NCBI GenBank assembly: GCA_964016885.1
Contig: OZ024751.1
Coordinates: 11,842,001 to 11,906,000 of the forward strand
From: Eledone cirrhosa
Taxonomy: Eukaryota
DNA length: 64,000 nucleotides
Direction of reading: 5' to 3'
Shown here: positions 1-13,471 of the stretch, one piece after another
Layout: the number at the start of each line of letters is the position of its first letter
Numbering within the stretch: position 1 is the first letter of the stretch
Program-made: the position numbers and the translations under genes
The notes under the pieces: generated by a model
What the model was told of the DNA's origin: nothing
The model's database searches: none
The model's input: the letters and a program-made list of their open reading frames with translations, nothing else

Positions 1-449
1 TATCAAACTTTGAGGTAAAACAAGCGAACATTCCGAGGAATGTAACAGGCGACAGACTTCTATCTTAAACAGTGGGAGGTGATTCCTCTAGAAACAGAAC
101 GGATTAATCTTACTTTTTATTAAAATATTGCTGAGATTTCAAATTTTTCTGATGCCAGTACGTGCGTATGTATGTATATACGAAGACACACATACATACA
201 AACACTTGTGTATGTTCGTTCATGTGTACGTATATCTGCAAGCATGTATATACATTATGAATGTGGGCGTTTGTGTATGTATGTATAAATGAATGTTTCA
301 ATCCCGGGCTATATATATTTGTTCCTAAATAATCTATTCAGAATATATTATATAATATCAATAATTTGAATATTTAACACAAAACCAATTTTCTAAATGA
401 TTTGAAAGAAGGTAGAAGCCGATGGAATCCTCCCCCCCCCCCCCCCGTA

Positions 450-540
450 CTAGTTGGTACTTTATAATGTCAATCCCAGAAAAATAAAATTGAAAATTCA
501 CTTCGTTGGGATTTGAACACAGAACGTGAAAGGACCTTAA
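450..540 (-). mobile_element. Highly diverged fragment of tRNA-derived SINE (family S1)
   Basis: tggtacttt...gggatttgaacacagaac resembles the reverse complement of the S1 core seen at 6544-6720. Confidence 0.4.
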
Positions 541-633
541 CTATTTACCGCAAAGTATGGTGTTTGTATTGCCGCTGAGATTGCAAATCGACTGCCTCTT
601 TAAAAGTAACAATCGTATCGATACAAACACAAA

Positions 634-1235
634 GCAGTCTAAGATAAGGGTTACATTCAAAATGAAAGACCAGGCAGCGTGCTATATCCTTAAACATCAC
701 ACTTTATTTCTCGTTGCTTCAGACCACTTAACTGGAAAATATTTGGTGGAAAATTGGTTACAAGCGATAGCGGCTTTTACTTTTCTCTTGGAGATTACTG
801 ATTTCGTGGGGGAACAGTGAATGGCTTGCATGGGAGATTGCTGGTCTAACATATAACACAATCTCCAGGCATTCTTTGCGTAAGAGACAAATCCCTGGTT
901 ATTCAATCGTGGGTACATAACGTATCACCTATCAGGACCAAAGAGTGCCCTTTCTTTTATCGATACATATTGAAAGCTGTCTAAGATAAGGGTAAGATTC
1001 GAAAACAAGAACCGGGCAATGTGCAGTGTACTTAATCATCACACTTTATTTCTCGTTCCTCCAATCCGCTTAACCGGAAAATATGAGACGCGCAACTTGT
1101 TAAAAGCGACAGTGTCTTTACTTTTTCTCTTGGACATACTGATTTTGTAAAGCAGAGAATGGCACAAAACACTCTGGCCAGTCATGTGTTCATAACGTAC
1201 CACCAGTTATGACCAAGGAGTCCCCTTTGTTTTAG
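634..1235 (+). repeat. Two diverged tandem ~340-bp units related to SINE family S2
   Basis: gtctaagataaggg...catcacactttatttctcgtt...cataacgta repeats at ~637 and ~979; similar to the S2 body at 9770-9860. Confidence 0.5.
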
Positions 1236-1569
1236 TGAAAATTATAATACCTAATGTAAATGAATACACAAATAAGTAAACAAATAATAATACAATAATT
1301 ATATGCTATTAATTAAAACTTTGAAATACTAAAGAGCGGTAATAACATAGATTTAAAACCCTTGGGGAGTAACAAACGGCAATTGAAGTTGGAAAATTGG
1401 GGATTTGGGGAGTTGGCGAATTCCGTCTGTCTAGTGGGATCTCGATTCACTGAAGCCTAAAGAATAAATTACTAGAACATAGAAGTATAATTTTTGAATT
1501 GCAAGGCTGGAAATATGGCAAGTCAAAGGAGGTGTTTAAAATATTTTCTTAATTCCGGGCAGTGCAACA

Positions 1570-1607
1570 GCTGCTGCTGCTGCTGGTATAGTAGTGGTCG
1601 TAGTAGT

Positions 1608-1698
<91 letters not shown>

Positions 1699-1750
1699 AT
1701 AGCAGTAGTAGTAGCAGCAGCAGTATTATTATTATTATTATTGTTGTTAT
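1570..1750. repeat. Compound trinucleotide microsatellite (CTG/TAG/TAT)n
   Basis: Direct reading. Confidence 0.95.
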
Positions 1751-2098
1751 TCCTTGAATCTCAGTCATTGATGTTGGTTAACTGGAAAGTCCGTTGGATT
1801 GAATATCAAGCCACTACCTGCAGCCTCAGATATTCAGGACGTATCGGAGGGTTCTTGCTGTTCCAAGCAAGCATGCCTTTTGAAGCGTTCCAAAAAGCGT
1901 GAAGGGGCCGATTTTCTTTAACCATCCCTGGAAACTTTTGGAGATAGTCCCCAGTGCGCCTATGACAATCGGGATCACTTTGACTTCATGGCAGTTCCAA
2001 ATCCTTTTCACCTCCCACTTTAAGTCCTGGTATCGGTTAATTTTCTCCCTCTCCTTCTCTTGCACTCTCGTGTCGAACGGGCAGGCCACATCCACAAG
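1751..2098 (-). mobile_element. 5'-truncated R4/Dong-clade non-LTR retrotransposon (C-terminal restriction-like endonuclease region + 3' UTR) inserted in a (TAA)n repeat
   Basis: ORF 1826..2095: DVACP..D....KE.EK..RY.DL..E..RIW...V..IPIVIGALG....LQKACLLGTARTLR is the typical R4/Dong RLE C-terminus; (TAT)n on both sides. Confidence 0.85.
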
Positions 2099-2099
2099 A

Positions 2100-2155
<56 letters not shown>

Positions 2156-2488
2156 GTAGTAGTAGTAGTAGTAGTAAGTAAACGTATGTCTATATATTAT
2201 TTACTTGTATCGGCTTTCTCCACGAATGTTCCTCGGAAGTCTCCCCTGTATTGGGAAATTTGTCATTGTTATTTTTTGTTACATCCTCTGTTTTTGTTTT
2301 TTACACGCAGAAATGCCCATTTGTACCGTCCTGTATTGTCCTGTACTGTTCTTAATGTCTACTTTATGTAAACCCTTGTGGTTAATAAAGAAAGCATTAT
2401 TTACTTGTATCTATCTATCTATCCTTCTCTCTCTCTCTCTCGCTCTCTCTCTCTCTTTGTATATATATATGTATATATATATATATAT

Positions 2489-2748
2489 AGGCAAAAGGGA
2501 TATTTAATCTGTTGGTAATTCAACAAATATCAATGTTTATAACTGAGTCAAAGCACTCAACAAGTTTTCTTGAGTATAATATTCAATAATATTGAATAAA
2601 TGTAAACTATATTTATGTCAATATTTATAAAACAAACTTTGTATTTTATCTGAAGAGGGCGTACCAAAGTTTTGGTACCCTTGAACTATATATAATAGAA
2701 TAAATATGGTTTTATAAATATAGTTTACATTTATTTAATATCATTGAA
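2489..2748 (+). mobile_element. Non-coding HHR-bearing repeat family A (PLE pLTR-like), flanked by (TA)n
   Basis: Homologous to 17486-17797, 33195-33445, 39925-39988 and 49825-50230; contains an HHR motif. Confidence 0.75.
2642..2702 (+). ncRNA. Type I hammerhead ribozyme motif, family A (GAAA->GAAC, probably inactive copy)
   Basis: TATTTTAT-CTGAAGA-GGGCGTACCAAAGTTTTGGTACCCTT-GAAC-TATATAT-A-ATAGAATA. Confidence 0.65.
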
Positions 2749-2891
2749 TTATATATATATATATATGTGAAGATAGACATAGAATATTCGAAAATATTCT
2801 GTATGTTTATAATAAACATTTTGAAGACCTAATCGCTATAGAATAGAATACGTCACGTATTACAATTAGATTCTCGATAAAAGCAAGGGAA

Positions 2892-2934
2892 GTAACCTAC
2901 GCGTTTCATTCTTATTAGAAATCTTCAGGATTAC
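2892..2934 (-). ncRNA. Minimal type I hammerhead ribozyme (mirror copy of 3087-3129)
   Basis: Reverse complement of 3087-3129. Confidence 0.8.
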
Positions 2935-3086
2935 ATATCCAGTGCTTTTATCGAGAATGACACAGCTAGAGACTTATAGAATACTTAGCTGTGTACAGGA
3001 ACTGGCTCTTTCAAACCAGTTCCTGTACACAGCTAAGTATTCTATAAGTCTCTAGCTGTGTCATTCTCGATAAAAGCACTGGATAT

Positions 3087-3129
3087 GTAATCCTGAAGAT
3101 TTCTAATAAGAATGAAACGCGTAGGTTAC
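3087..3129 (+). ncRNA. Minimal type I hammerhead ribozyme with palindromic stem III (ACGCGU)
   Basis: GTAATC-CTGAAGA-TTTCTAATAAGAAT-GAAAC-GC-GT-A-GGTTAC; stem I GUAAUC/GGUUAC, further enclosed by a 16-bp helix attctcgataaaagca/tgcttttatcgagaat. Confidence 0.8.
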
Positions 3130-3280
3130 TTCCCTTGCTTTTATCGAGAATCTAATTGTAATACGTGACGTATTCTATTCTATAGCGATTAGGTCTTCAA
3201 AATGTTTATTATAAACATACAGAATATTTTCGAATATTCTATGTCTATCTTCACATATATATCGCTATTTCAGAGCATTT

Positions 3281-3371
<91 letters not shown>

Positions 3372-3780
3372 TAGTAGTGCGCTCCTGTGTGGATATCCTA
3401 TAATATAGGTTATGGAATTGGGTGAAAAGACTAAGAGACGGAAAACGAGATTGCCCTCAGATTGTTAAATGGAAGTTAGAGCCAAAGTTTTAAGGTCGTT
3501 GTGTTTAGTATAAGCGAGTGTAAAGAGATGTAAAGAAATGCATTTATTATAGAAGTTATTAATTTAAGTATTAAGCAAGCTCTGTTCGTTTATTCTCATA
3601 AATTTTACATGATCTCACATTTAGCAACTCACCCTAAATTCCATTGTAACTTTCTCTCTAGTTCCTTCCTTCACTCTCTCTGTCTATCTCTCTCTTGCTC
3701 TCTCTCTCTCTCAATATATTTCTTTTTCTTTTCTATCAAAATAGTGACTTCCATTACATTTGTTCTCTCTTGATTGCTCC

Positions 3781-3854
<74 letters not shown>

Positions 3855-4209
3855 ATCACCTTCTCTCTTATTGTACCTGTCTTTCTCTCACTCTGAATTA
3901 CCGACGATTTTCCTTCACTAGTAGTGTATTTTATGTCTTTATTTCACTTACACTCTTATCCTACCTCACTAGCTTTCTCTCTCTCCAACTTTCTCTCCCA
4001 GACTCTCTCTATACCTTATTCTATTATCACCTACTGTCGCCATATCAGAAAATGTCTCTTTTCTTCTCTCTTCTCTTTTCTCTCCCTCTCTGCCACAATA
4101 CCTTTCTTAACATCATATATTTAGAGCACCAACTCTTTAGTAATATCTAACGTCTTCCCCTCTATACATATTTATCAATCTTGCTCAAACTCCCAACTTC
4201 CTCTCTCTG

Positions 4210-4240
<31 letters not shown>

Positions 4241-4279
4241 GTCTCTCTCTCTTTCTCTCTCTCTCTAAGTATATATATA

Positions 4280-4297
4280 TGATGGTATGACAGTGTT

Positions 4298-4328
<31 letters not shown>

Positions 4329-4343
4329 CAGAGAGAGAGATTG

Positions 4344-4392
<49 letters not shown>

Positions 4393-4393
4393 C

Positions 4394-4463
<70 letters not shown>

Positions 4464-4466
4464 ATA

Positions 4467-4499
<33 letters not shown>

Positions 4500-4535
4500 G
4501 TATATATATGTATATATATCAATCTCTCTCTCTCT

Positions 4536-4588
<53 letters not shown>

Positions 4589-4605
4589 ACACTGTCATAC
4601 CATCA
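4280..4605. repeat. Inverted duplication centred on a (TA)n array
   Basis: tgatggtatgacagtgttag(AG)n ... (CT)n ctaacactgtcataccatca. Confidence 0.85.
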
Positions 4606-4769
4606 CTATTTATATTCCATCTCTCTATATCTTTATATTTCTACGTCTCCAATCCATCTCTCATTCCACTCAGCCAAATCTAGCCGTTTCGTCTTATTGC
4701 TTCTTCTACTGATACTAATACTACAACCAACACCACTACTGCAGCAGCAACAACAAAAACAACAATTAT

Positions 4770-4819
<50 letters not shown>

Positions 4820-5215
4820 ACACACCATATATATCAGGCCTAGATTCAATTGAAACAGGCCAGTTATCAGCCAAAATACATTTAGTCGCTAATACTTTAG
4901 TAAAATCCAATTTGCCATGTTGTGCCTTTAGGTCAATTCTTCTTACCTGGTCCATGAAACTTTCTCTAACCTTTCTCACATTTGCTAGGGGTCAGTTGAG
5001 ATTCTGTGAGAAAACTGGATGTTTTACCCTTCCCCACTCTTTTCCATTTCATTTCCAAACGAATGCGTCTCTTTTCTTTTTCCCATTCAGAAGCTTTTAG
5101 ACACGATCTTATCACATACATTCACATACACACGCATACGTGCACACATACGTAGAGAAATGTCATGTATGAATGCATACATCCATGCACATAGATATAC
5201 ATATACACAGACATG

Positions 5216-5341
<126 letters not shown>

Positions 5342-5352
5342 ATATATATATA

Positions 5353-5409
5353 TGTAAGTATGTATGTATACGTACATACATATATGTATACAGACGTACA
5401 GTAGCATGC

Positions 5410-5499
<90 letters not shown>

Positions 5500-5556
5500 G
5501 CATGCTACTGTACGTCTGTATACATATATGTATGTACGTAAACATACATACTTACA
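5353..5556. repeat. Inverted duplication centred on a (TA)n array
   Basis: tacagacgtacagtagcatgcat ... atgcatgctactgtacgtctgta. Confidence 0.85.
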
Positions 5557-5636
5557 TTTAAGTAAGTGCCGTACTAAGAGTGAGAAATGAAATTTCGTTT
5601 TCATTTTATTTCAACCTATATATATATATATAGATT

Positions 5637-5669
<33 letters not shown>

Positions 5670-5676
5670 GTATATT

Positions 5677-5735
<59 letters not shown>

Positions 5736-5765
5736 GTATATATATATATATATGTATATATTTAG

Positions 5766-5796
<31 letters not shown>

Positions 5797-6543
5797 TGTA
5801 TATATATATGTATATATATATATGTATATATTTAGACAGATATATATTTATATTTATATATATACATATATATATATATTTATATATATATATGTATATA
5901 TATATGTATATATATATATGTATATATTTAGACAGATATATATATATATTTATATATATACATATATATATATATTTATATATATATATTTGTGTGTATA
6001 TATATATATATACATATATATATACACAGATACACACACACACACATATATATATATACATGAGAGCGAGGGAGGGGGAGAGGAACATTGAGAGAAAGAC
6101 GTAGCCAACCACCTTTGCCTACATTCTCTCTTCCATAAAACAAATGGAATCTTTAATTACATATTTAATCTATCTAATCAAGATTTTCCTTTCTATAAAT
6201 ATTTTTCCGCAAACCTTCAATCTTTCTTAATCAATATAGGTGAATTTCTTTCTCTCGTATTTCCAAATCTCTACACAAATGCAGACAATTTATGAATCTT
6301 TGGGATATTTTAATGGTTCTTTTTATAAAAGTATTTTTTAAGAGAGAATTTCTTATACGAAACCTACGTCGAGATTCGCAAAACATAGAAATAGAAGAAT
6401 TGTTAGCTGATTCAATTCCCCATACAATTTAGAAATTGTGATACCTTTAGCCAATTTATCTTTACTTGAAAACACTGACTCTCCCCTATAACATGCGTGT
6501 TATCAAAGTCTTACATTCTATCATTCCTAAATTGCTCAGATTA

Positions 6544-6720
6544 TTTGGCAGTATCAGCAGAGGGTCGGACGCCATGCTTTGCAGCACAATTACGTCCCTT
6601 TACGGACTGAGTTCAAATCCCGCCGAGGTTAACTTTGCCCTTCATCCTTACGGGGTCGATAAAATAAAGTACCACTAATACACTGGGATAATTGCTGTCA
6701 AAAGTAGAAACAATTATTGC
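6544..6720 (+). mobile_element. tRNA-derived SINE family S1 (octopus-type)
   Basis: B-box gagttcaaatcc plus core gaggttaactttgcccttcatccttacggggtcgataaaataaagtacca; more than 10 copies in the window. Confidence 0.85.
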
Positions 6721-6954
6721 ATGTTCTAAACAAACAAACCATAGCAGAACTATATTCTTATTTCCCCTAAAATGGCAATTGTTTCAAAGCTCGTTTCAAA
6801 TATTGGTATTGAGCTGTATTCATTACGGACGTATCGTAACAAATTAATAAAAATGCAGCTAACTCCTTTAAAGACTATAACGACTTGCCTGCCAATCCTT
6901 TCAAATAACGTTACTGTTAGCATACTGATTTTTTTATAGACCCAAACTGAAGCA

Positions 6955-7140
6955 AAGCCACATCATCTGGTCATCTGTTTGCTCCAACCTGAGAGCAATG
7001 GACCATTATGCTCCACCATCTTTTTCTGTCTCTGGAAACTGATGGTGCTTGGAACCAATTTATGCCAGACCTGCGCAGGTCATCGTTTATGATTAACCTG
7101 CAGGTATTCTTTGGTCTTTTCACGCCAGCTGGCAACTGTG
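6955..7140 (-). mobile_element. 3' fragment of an RTE-like LINE
   Basis: ORF 6971..7174 carries ..KRPKNT......DL...G..W..A...RDR..W, the RTE C-terminal motif. Confidence 0.6.
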
Positions 7141-7990
7141 ATATTGCAGTTCTTGTTTGTATATTGTTCCACATTCGTAGTACATCACGTTTAACATTTA
7201 TTTGGAAATTAAAAAAAATACACTTAAAATATAAACTAGAGATTCCTCCAGCCCATTTATATGTCTATTACATTATTGTTATTAATATCATAAATGTCAT
7301 ATTCTTCATCCGTATTTTGTATAAGTATCTTTAATTTAAAGTTGCTTTTATTGATAGAACTGTTATACACAGTAATGGTACTTCAAATTCATTAGTTAAT
7401 TTCAATTTCATATTTGTTTTATTTTCTTTTTCAGCAACTTAATATTAGTTATGAATTGTCTAAAATATTATTGTCCTAAATTTCTACCTAAACTTCAAAC
7501 GACCTTTCAACAAACTAATGAATTGCCTCAAATATTATTGGTACTAAACTTCTCCCTATTCAAAGATTATTTCGTAAGCGACCTTAATAATTCAATCACT
7601 AAATAATTATGTGAATACCTTAGTTATTTTTGAATCTATGCATTAACATTCATAATTAATTTACACTCAATCATTTGTAAACTGGCGACATCATTTGAGG
7701 TTCCATCATTAAGTGGATGTTTTCTATTTAACTTTTTTAATTTATGGATGAATATTACAGGAGCTTAAATTTTAAGCGACAAAATCTGTCAAATCTATTT
7801 TGTATGTACATATGTACATAAAGAATATATTACATATAACCAACCACACACGAGTTAAGGAATCCATCGGGTGAAACGCGTAGTGTCACGTATGGGTTGT
7901 TAATTTGTTGTGGAACTAACACTACTGTGTTAGTGTGCTCTACCAACTTTGGATATAGCCTCCCTGTTTTTCACTAATATATATATATAT

Positions 7991-8210
7991 ATATCACATA
8001 AGAAACTGAGAATCAGTGGTGCTACGAATAAGATTTATTAGACATATTTCAATCGTTTCTCTGGCGACCAGCTCGAGGCACGATCGATGCAATGATCAAA
8101 CCTCACTCTGAAATCGCAAAATCCTCGAGCTGGTCGCCAGAGAAACGATTGAAATATGTCTAATAAATCTTATTCGTAGCACCACTGATTCTCCGTTTCT
8201 TATGCGATAT
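7991..8210. repeat. Inverted repeat (~88-bp arms, 44-nt spacer) next to (TA)n; carries a 3' half-HHR-like GAAAC..GTC
   Basis: 7991-8078 is the reverse complement of 8123-8210. Confidence 0.9.
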
Positions 8211-8312
8211 AATACTCTGCTCTGTAAGAGTATCGAGTGCTCAAACGGCATAACGCTTAAGGGCGCTTTAATCATCCCACACCAATTATATATATACGTA
8301 TATATATATATA

Positions 8313-8477
8313 TACATATGAAAAAGTAAGTCCTTCATCAGTGACCCTCCAACCGTCCCAGGTATTTCATCGCTTTAAGGGACATATACCTCAGGCTGGT
8401 GCGAACAACGGCTAAAAAAAGTCGTTGGGACACGTAAATAGAGGGTCACTGATGAATGACTTACTTTTTCATATGTA
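8313..8477. repeat. Inverted repeat (~37-bp arms, each containing CTGATGA) between (TA)n runs
   Basis: catatgaaaaagtaagtccttcatcagtgaccctc / gagggtcactgatgaatgacttactttttcatatg. Confidence 0.85.
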
Positions 8478-8507
8478 CCCCATTTGCAACGCGCAGCTCA
8501 TCATTAT

Positions 8508-8545
<38 letters not shown>

Positions 8546-8716
8546 TAAACACCGCCAGAGGGCGATAGCGCCGGTGTTTTGTATAGCTACGGCTTTCTAA
8601 ATGTTTATCTATAAACATACCGTATTTCTTTAGAAATACGAAATTCCAGTAGATTCCTTTGCCATACACATATTTGCACATATGTATATATACATATAAA
8701 AATGCCGCCCTGATCA

Positions 8717-8778
8717 TCTTTGCCTTTCATCCTTTCGAGGTCGATAAATAAAGTACCAGTCCAGTACTAGGGTCGATT
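8717..8778 (+). mobile_element. SINE S1 3' fragment
   Basis: ctttgcctttcatcctttcgaggtcgataaataaagtaccag. Confidence 0.75.
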
Positions 8779-8910
8779 ATTCCTCTATAGAAAAAATCGG
8801 CTGTCTTCAGACCTGGAGAGGGTTGGACTCCGCCAGGAATTATGGGATCTTTATCATATCTATATATAGCCACATATTTCGTCCTCTATTTCTCGCTTTC
8901 TCTCTCTCTC

Positions 8911-8991
<81 letters not shown>

Positions 8992-9065
8992 AGGGAGAGA
9001 GGTAGAACACTGGAAGGTAATATCCGTAGAGGTAGAGCACTCAATCCATAGGACGTGTTAGGTAA

Positions 9066-9202
9066 AAGTAGTTACACAACAGTTAGTTCACCATACCGAG
9101 AACAATTGTTACACCTGAGCGGATCCTCAGCTCGTAATGGAGGATTCGCTAAGGTAAAACAATTGTTCTCGGTATGGTGAACTAACTGTTGTGTTACCAC
9201 TT
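9066..9202. repeat. Inverted repeat (~63-bp arms) containing an HHR motif
   Basis: acacaacagttagttcaccataccgagaacaattgtt / aacaattgttctcggtatggtgaactaactgttgtgt. Confidence 0.9.
9097..9134 (-). ncRNA. Minimal type I hammerhead motif (GAAAC->GUAAC), palindromic stem III ACAAUUGU
   Basis: Reverse complement: CGAG-CTGAGGA-TCCGCTCAGGT-GTAAC-AATT-GT-T-CTCG; the other arm reads AAAAC, so the consensus is GAAAC. Confidence 0.65.
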
Positions 9203-9707
9203 ATATATATTTATATATATACACACCCACACACACATATACACATCTGTGATTGTATGGTACGTTGCCTCATTGGATAGATCTAATTTCATGTATAATT
9301 GCTTCGTACAAATGTCAGATTCTCCTCGGTCAATCGTTCTTTGACACTTATACGGTAATCGCGAGATACAGCGTTCAAATCTCCGTAGCGACTACTACCA
9401 TATTTATTCCGTCACTAGCGGCATTTTAAAAGATTTTTTAAGCTATTACTTTTAGCATTCTCCAGTTACATTTAATCCCCTCATTTTCATTTATATATAT
9501 ATATGCATGACAGAGAGTGTGTGTGTGAGGCCACCTTTGTCGCCGAATCCGTAGGAGGCTCATGAAATTTGATATTCTTGTATCTAAAATGCCGTATACT
9601 AATTCGATTAAATTTACAAATCCTCGTTCCTTAATCAAGTAATCTACAAATACACTTAAGCCCTTCACTTTATTTTAAATATTTTTTGATTTTATTTAGC
9701 ACTCGGT

Positions 9708-10050
9708 GAAGGCTCATGGCTTAGTGGTTAGAGCCTTGAGCTTTGAGCTTGCAGTCGGGAGGTTGTGAGTTCGATTCTCGGACCGGGTGATGCATTGTGT
9801 CCTTGAGCAAGACACTTTATTTCATGTTTCTCCATTTTACTCAGCTGTAGAAATGAGTTGCGCCGTCACTGGTGCCGAGCTGTATCGATCATTGCCTTCT
9901 CTTGGACAACGTCGGTGACGTGGAGAGGGAAGGATGGTATACATGGATGACTGCTGGTCTTCCACAAACAACCTTGTCCGGACCTGTGCCTCGGAGGGGA
10001 ACTTTCTAGGTCCAAATCCCATGGTCATTCATGACCGAAGGAGGACCTTA
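9708..10050 (+). mobile_element. Near full-length tRNA-derived SINE family S2
   Basis: A-box tggcttagtggttagagc, B-box gagttcgattc, central tgtgtccttgagcaagacacttta domain, (TTTACC)-type tail. Confidence 0.85.
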
Positions 10051-12169
10051 TCTTTACCTTTACCACCTCTCAGCTGTAGAAAGGTATTCAAACACTGGTA
10101 ACTTAAGAACAAATGTTATGGTTGAAACATGCTAGTTATAATCTACTGTTATTTATCATTGAAAACTGATTTTGTGCTTTCTATATTTTCAAATCTACTC
10201 TATTTGCCTTTAGACTTTGTCATTATCATTTCCAATGTGACGGTTGTAGCTTAGGGTAACATTTTTTAGTTCACGGTTGTAAGGTCGTGAGTTCGTTTCC
10301 CTGCAGCTCCTTGTATAGAGGCCATTATTTCAAATTGTTTCAGTCCATACAGGTATAAAAATTAGTTATACCTTTTTCTAAATGGATACCCTGTCACACA
10401 TTTTGTCCCGCTGATTGTCTCTGCGAAATAAATTAAAGGTACACGTGTGTGTAGAATGCTCCGCCACTTGGACATTAATTTCATGAGCTGGTCCCTTTTA
10501 TTGTCCAAACAACTGGATGGCTCATCGTCGAAAACACGCACACCTTTTCCAATCTCCATCCTTTTATTTCTATTTGTATTCAGCAGTTTCTCTCACACTC
10601 TCCTTTTTATTTTATTTTCAATACATAAGCCTCATCATGAAGAGATTCTCATACTTTAACGATTTCAAACCAGGTCTCCGCACTTAAATTACACACTTTG
10701 CTAACATTTACACTGATTTTCTAAGTAATTTCTAAACCATTACCTACATAAATAGTTAATAAAACTTTGTAATCTTTTTAACCTATTGTGAAACTTGTTC
10801 AATACCCTATATAACAAGGCCGCAAATCCCTTCTAGCTCTATTTTGAACTTCGTTTTTTCTCCCTACTTATATATTTAGCTAAGTTAATAAGTTAATCTC
10901 CTTATATTGTTTTACTTCCTAAATAAATATCCACCTGCATTTCATATGTTAGTTTTAATAGTGATTCCATTTATACACGTATTTAAATATATATTATCCT
11001 TTTATCAGCATTGTCTTACACACAGTCATACAAATCCTTTTTCCAACATTCTTAATAAATTTAATATTCTCCAAACGATTAAAAAACTCTATTGTATATA
11101 GTTTAATGCATACCACTATGTGTTCATTGTTCTAACATTTCTTTCTTCTAAATCTAATTTAATGGCTTTCCTTTGTCATTGAGAATCTTCTATTCTTTGG
11201 ATTTGTTCCTTTATTTCACAATACTTATTATCCTTACTTCAGCAAATAACATTGAATAACCAATAGCCAAATAACATTGAATAGCCAATTTCCTCAACCT
11301 ATACCATGATAGAGGCGGTGAGGTGATGTAGCTGATTCGTTTGAACGTCTGATGTACTGTAATGGTTTGACGCATTCGATTCTGCTCTGCGTTCAGATTT
11401 TCAATTCCTGCGATGTGAAGGTTGCCTTCACGCTTTTAAGTTTCATAAATAAAATAACAGTCCGGTATTAGTGTGGTTTGGGGTTTCTCTTCTTCCTCCT
11501 TCTACTATTACTACTACTACTACTACTGCTGCTACTGCTGCTGTATTTCCGTTTCTATCACGTATCAACCCACCGACAATCTACACCCTACTACTTACAT
11601 TAACATTAACAATCTCCCATGCCATAAGTATTTAAAAGATAGATAAACCTTGCATATGTTGAGGTAAAATATGTGTGGTTGAGTGTAAGCGTGCGGCGTG
11701 TATGTGTGATTGTCTGTGCAAAGCAATGAGGATTTGAAGGTCTAATATTTTTCAGACCGAAACAAAGCTAGTGTTGGTGTTGGACGTGTAAAGGTGTGAA
11801 TGTGTGCATGTGTATAAGCACAGTTCACCTATGCATGTGTTCTACTGCGTACACACACACAGTCAAGTAGAAATGATCTTAAGGTGGTGCAGTAAAAGAA
11901 GAGTTTGACAAGATAAATACCGGATTTGACAAAATTATGTACTGGGATTGACGTGATATATTGATTAAAACCCTCAAAAGTAGTAGGACACCCTCGACAC
12001 AATCGAAGGGTTGAAGCCAGAAATGAAACATGTTACAGTAGTTATATATATATATATATATATATACGCAAACAAGACCGTTATTGTTTCAAACAGTCTA
12101 TTCACCATCGTCAGCTACCCTAGATATAAAAACACACTCTCATACACACACACACACACACATACACAT

Positions 12170-12205
<36 letters not shown>

Positions 12206-13013
12206 TCATATATATGTGCTAACAAGAACGTAAGCCCGTCAAACACACACACACACACGCGCACACACAGACAGACGCACACACGTGTGTGTGTGTGTGT
12301 GTGTGTGTGTGCAAACAAGAATGTAGGACCGTTAAACACACAAACCCGAACACAGAGACACCCAGAACGAACGCAAGCAAGCATTGGACAATCATCTAAC
12401 ACTCAGGTTAGTATCATTCTCAAATTAAAGACTATGACAAAAGTGTAGTATCTTTTATCTTCCAGCTATGAAGAATGGTGTACTTGAGTAAGGCTGTATG
12501 TTCAAGTAGAAGTGACCAGGTCGAATGGACGTTGCGCTGGCCGATTGAATGATGGAAGCTTAGACGAAACTTAGACGAAATCTATTGGTTATGACTGCAA
12601 ATCCATGGGCCTGTTATTCAAAGACAATCGACATTGTATTTACCGAGAACCACAAGTTAGGCTCAAGGAAAATACATAAGTTTGGGGAAGGGGTAATTGA
12701 TTACATCGATTGCAGTACGTGATTGGTATGTTATTATAGCAACCGCGGTGAAATTTGAACTCAAAACGTGAAAGGCCAGTTAGGTACAATGTAATTCAAG
12801 AGGAAAACTCATCGTCACAATTCTTAATCTATAGTTTTTACAAACATTTCTGTATTCTGCATATGAATACGTCTGCGTGGATATGATCGTGTCCATATTA
12901 ATCTTCCATAAACACACATACATATATATGTGTGTTTATGCGTTACACTAGTAAGCTTCTATTATAGTATTCATATATGCTATGGTATTTGGTAAATAAA
13001 TATAAATAAATAA

Positions 13014-13078
<65 letters not shown>

Positions 13079-13098
13079 CTTATATATATATATATATA

Positions 13099-13167
<69 letters not shown>

Positions 13168-13172
13168 TTATA

Positions 13173-13223
<51 letters not shown>

Positions 13224-13246
13224 TTATATATTTATATATACTTATA

Positions 13247-13322
<76 letters not shown>

Positions 13323-13435
13323 TACATATATACACATTTATACATGTGTGATTGCTCATATAAAAGCCTGCTAATGTTTCAAAGTGCAGATTACTATATA
13401 TGCTCGTTTTCAAGAATTCACACACAAACACATAC

Positions 13436-13471
<36 letters not shown>

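Larger units (their letters stand above)
2767..3254. repeat. Perfect inverted repeat, 239-bp arms with a 10-nt spacer, flanked by (TA)n
   Basis: 2767-3005 is the reverse complement of 3016-3254. Confidence 0.95.

Noticed and set aside
7853-7888. GAAACGCGTA half-hammerhead
   Set aside because: First core box reads TTAAGGA and stem I is unconvincing; at best a decayed copy
8552-8570. CTCF-like motif ccgccagagggcgat
   Set aside because: Single short motif between microsatellites; not supportable from sequence alone
10362-10559. 65-aa ORF in non-repetitive sequence, possible exon
   Set aside because: No recognisable motif and no supporting neighbouring exons
12072-12118. CTGACGA...GAAAC...GTC on the minus strand
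   Set aside because: Stems rely on G-U pairs and only two pairs in stem III; could be chance
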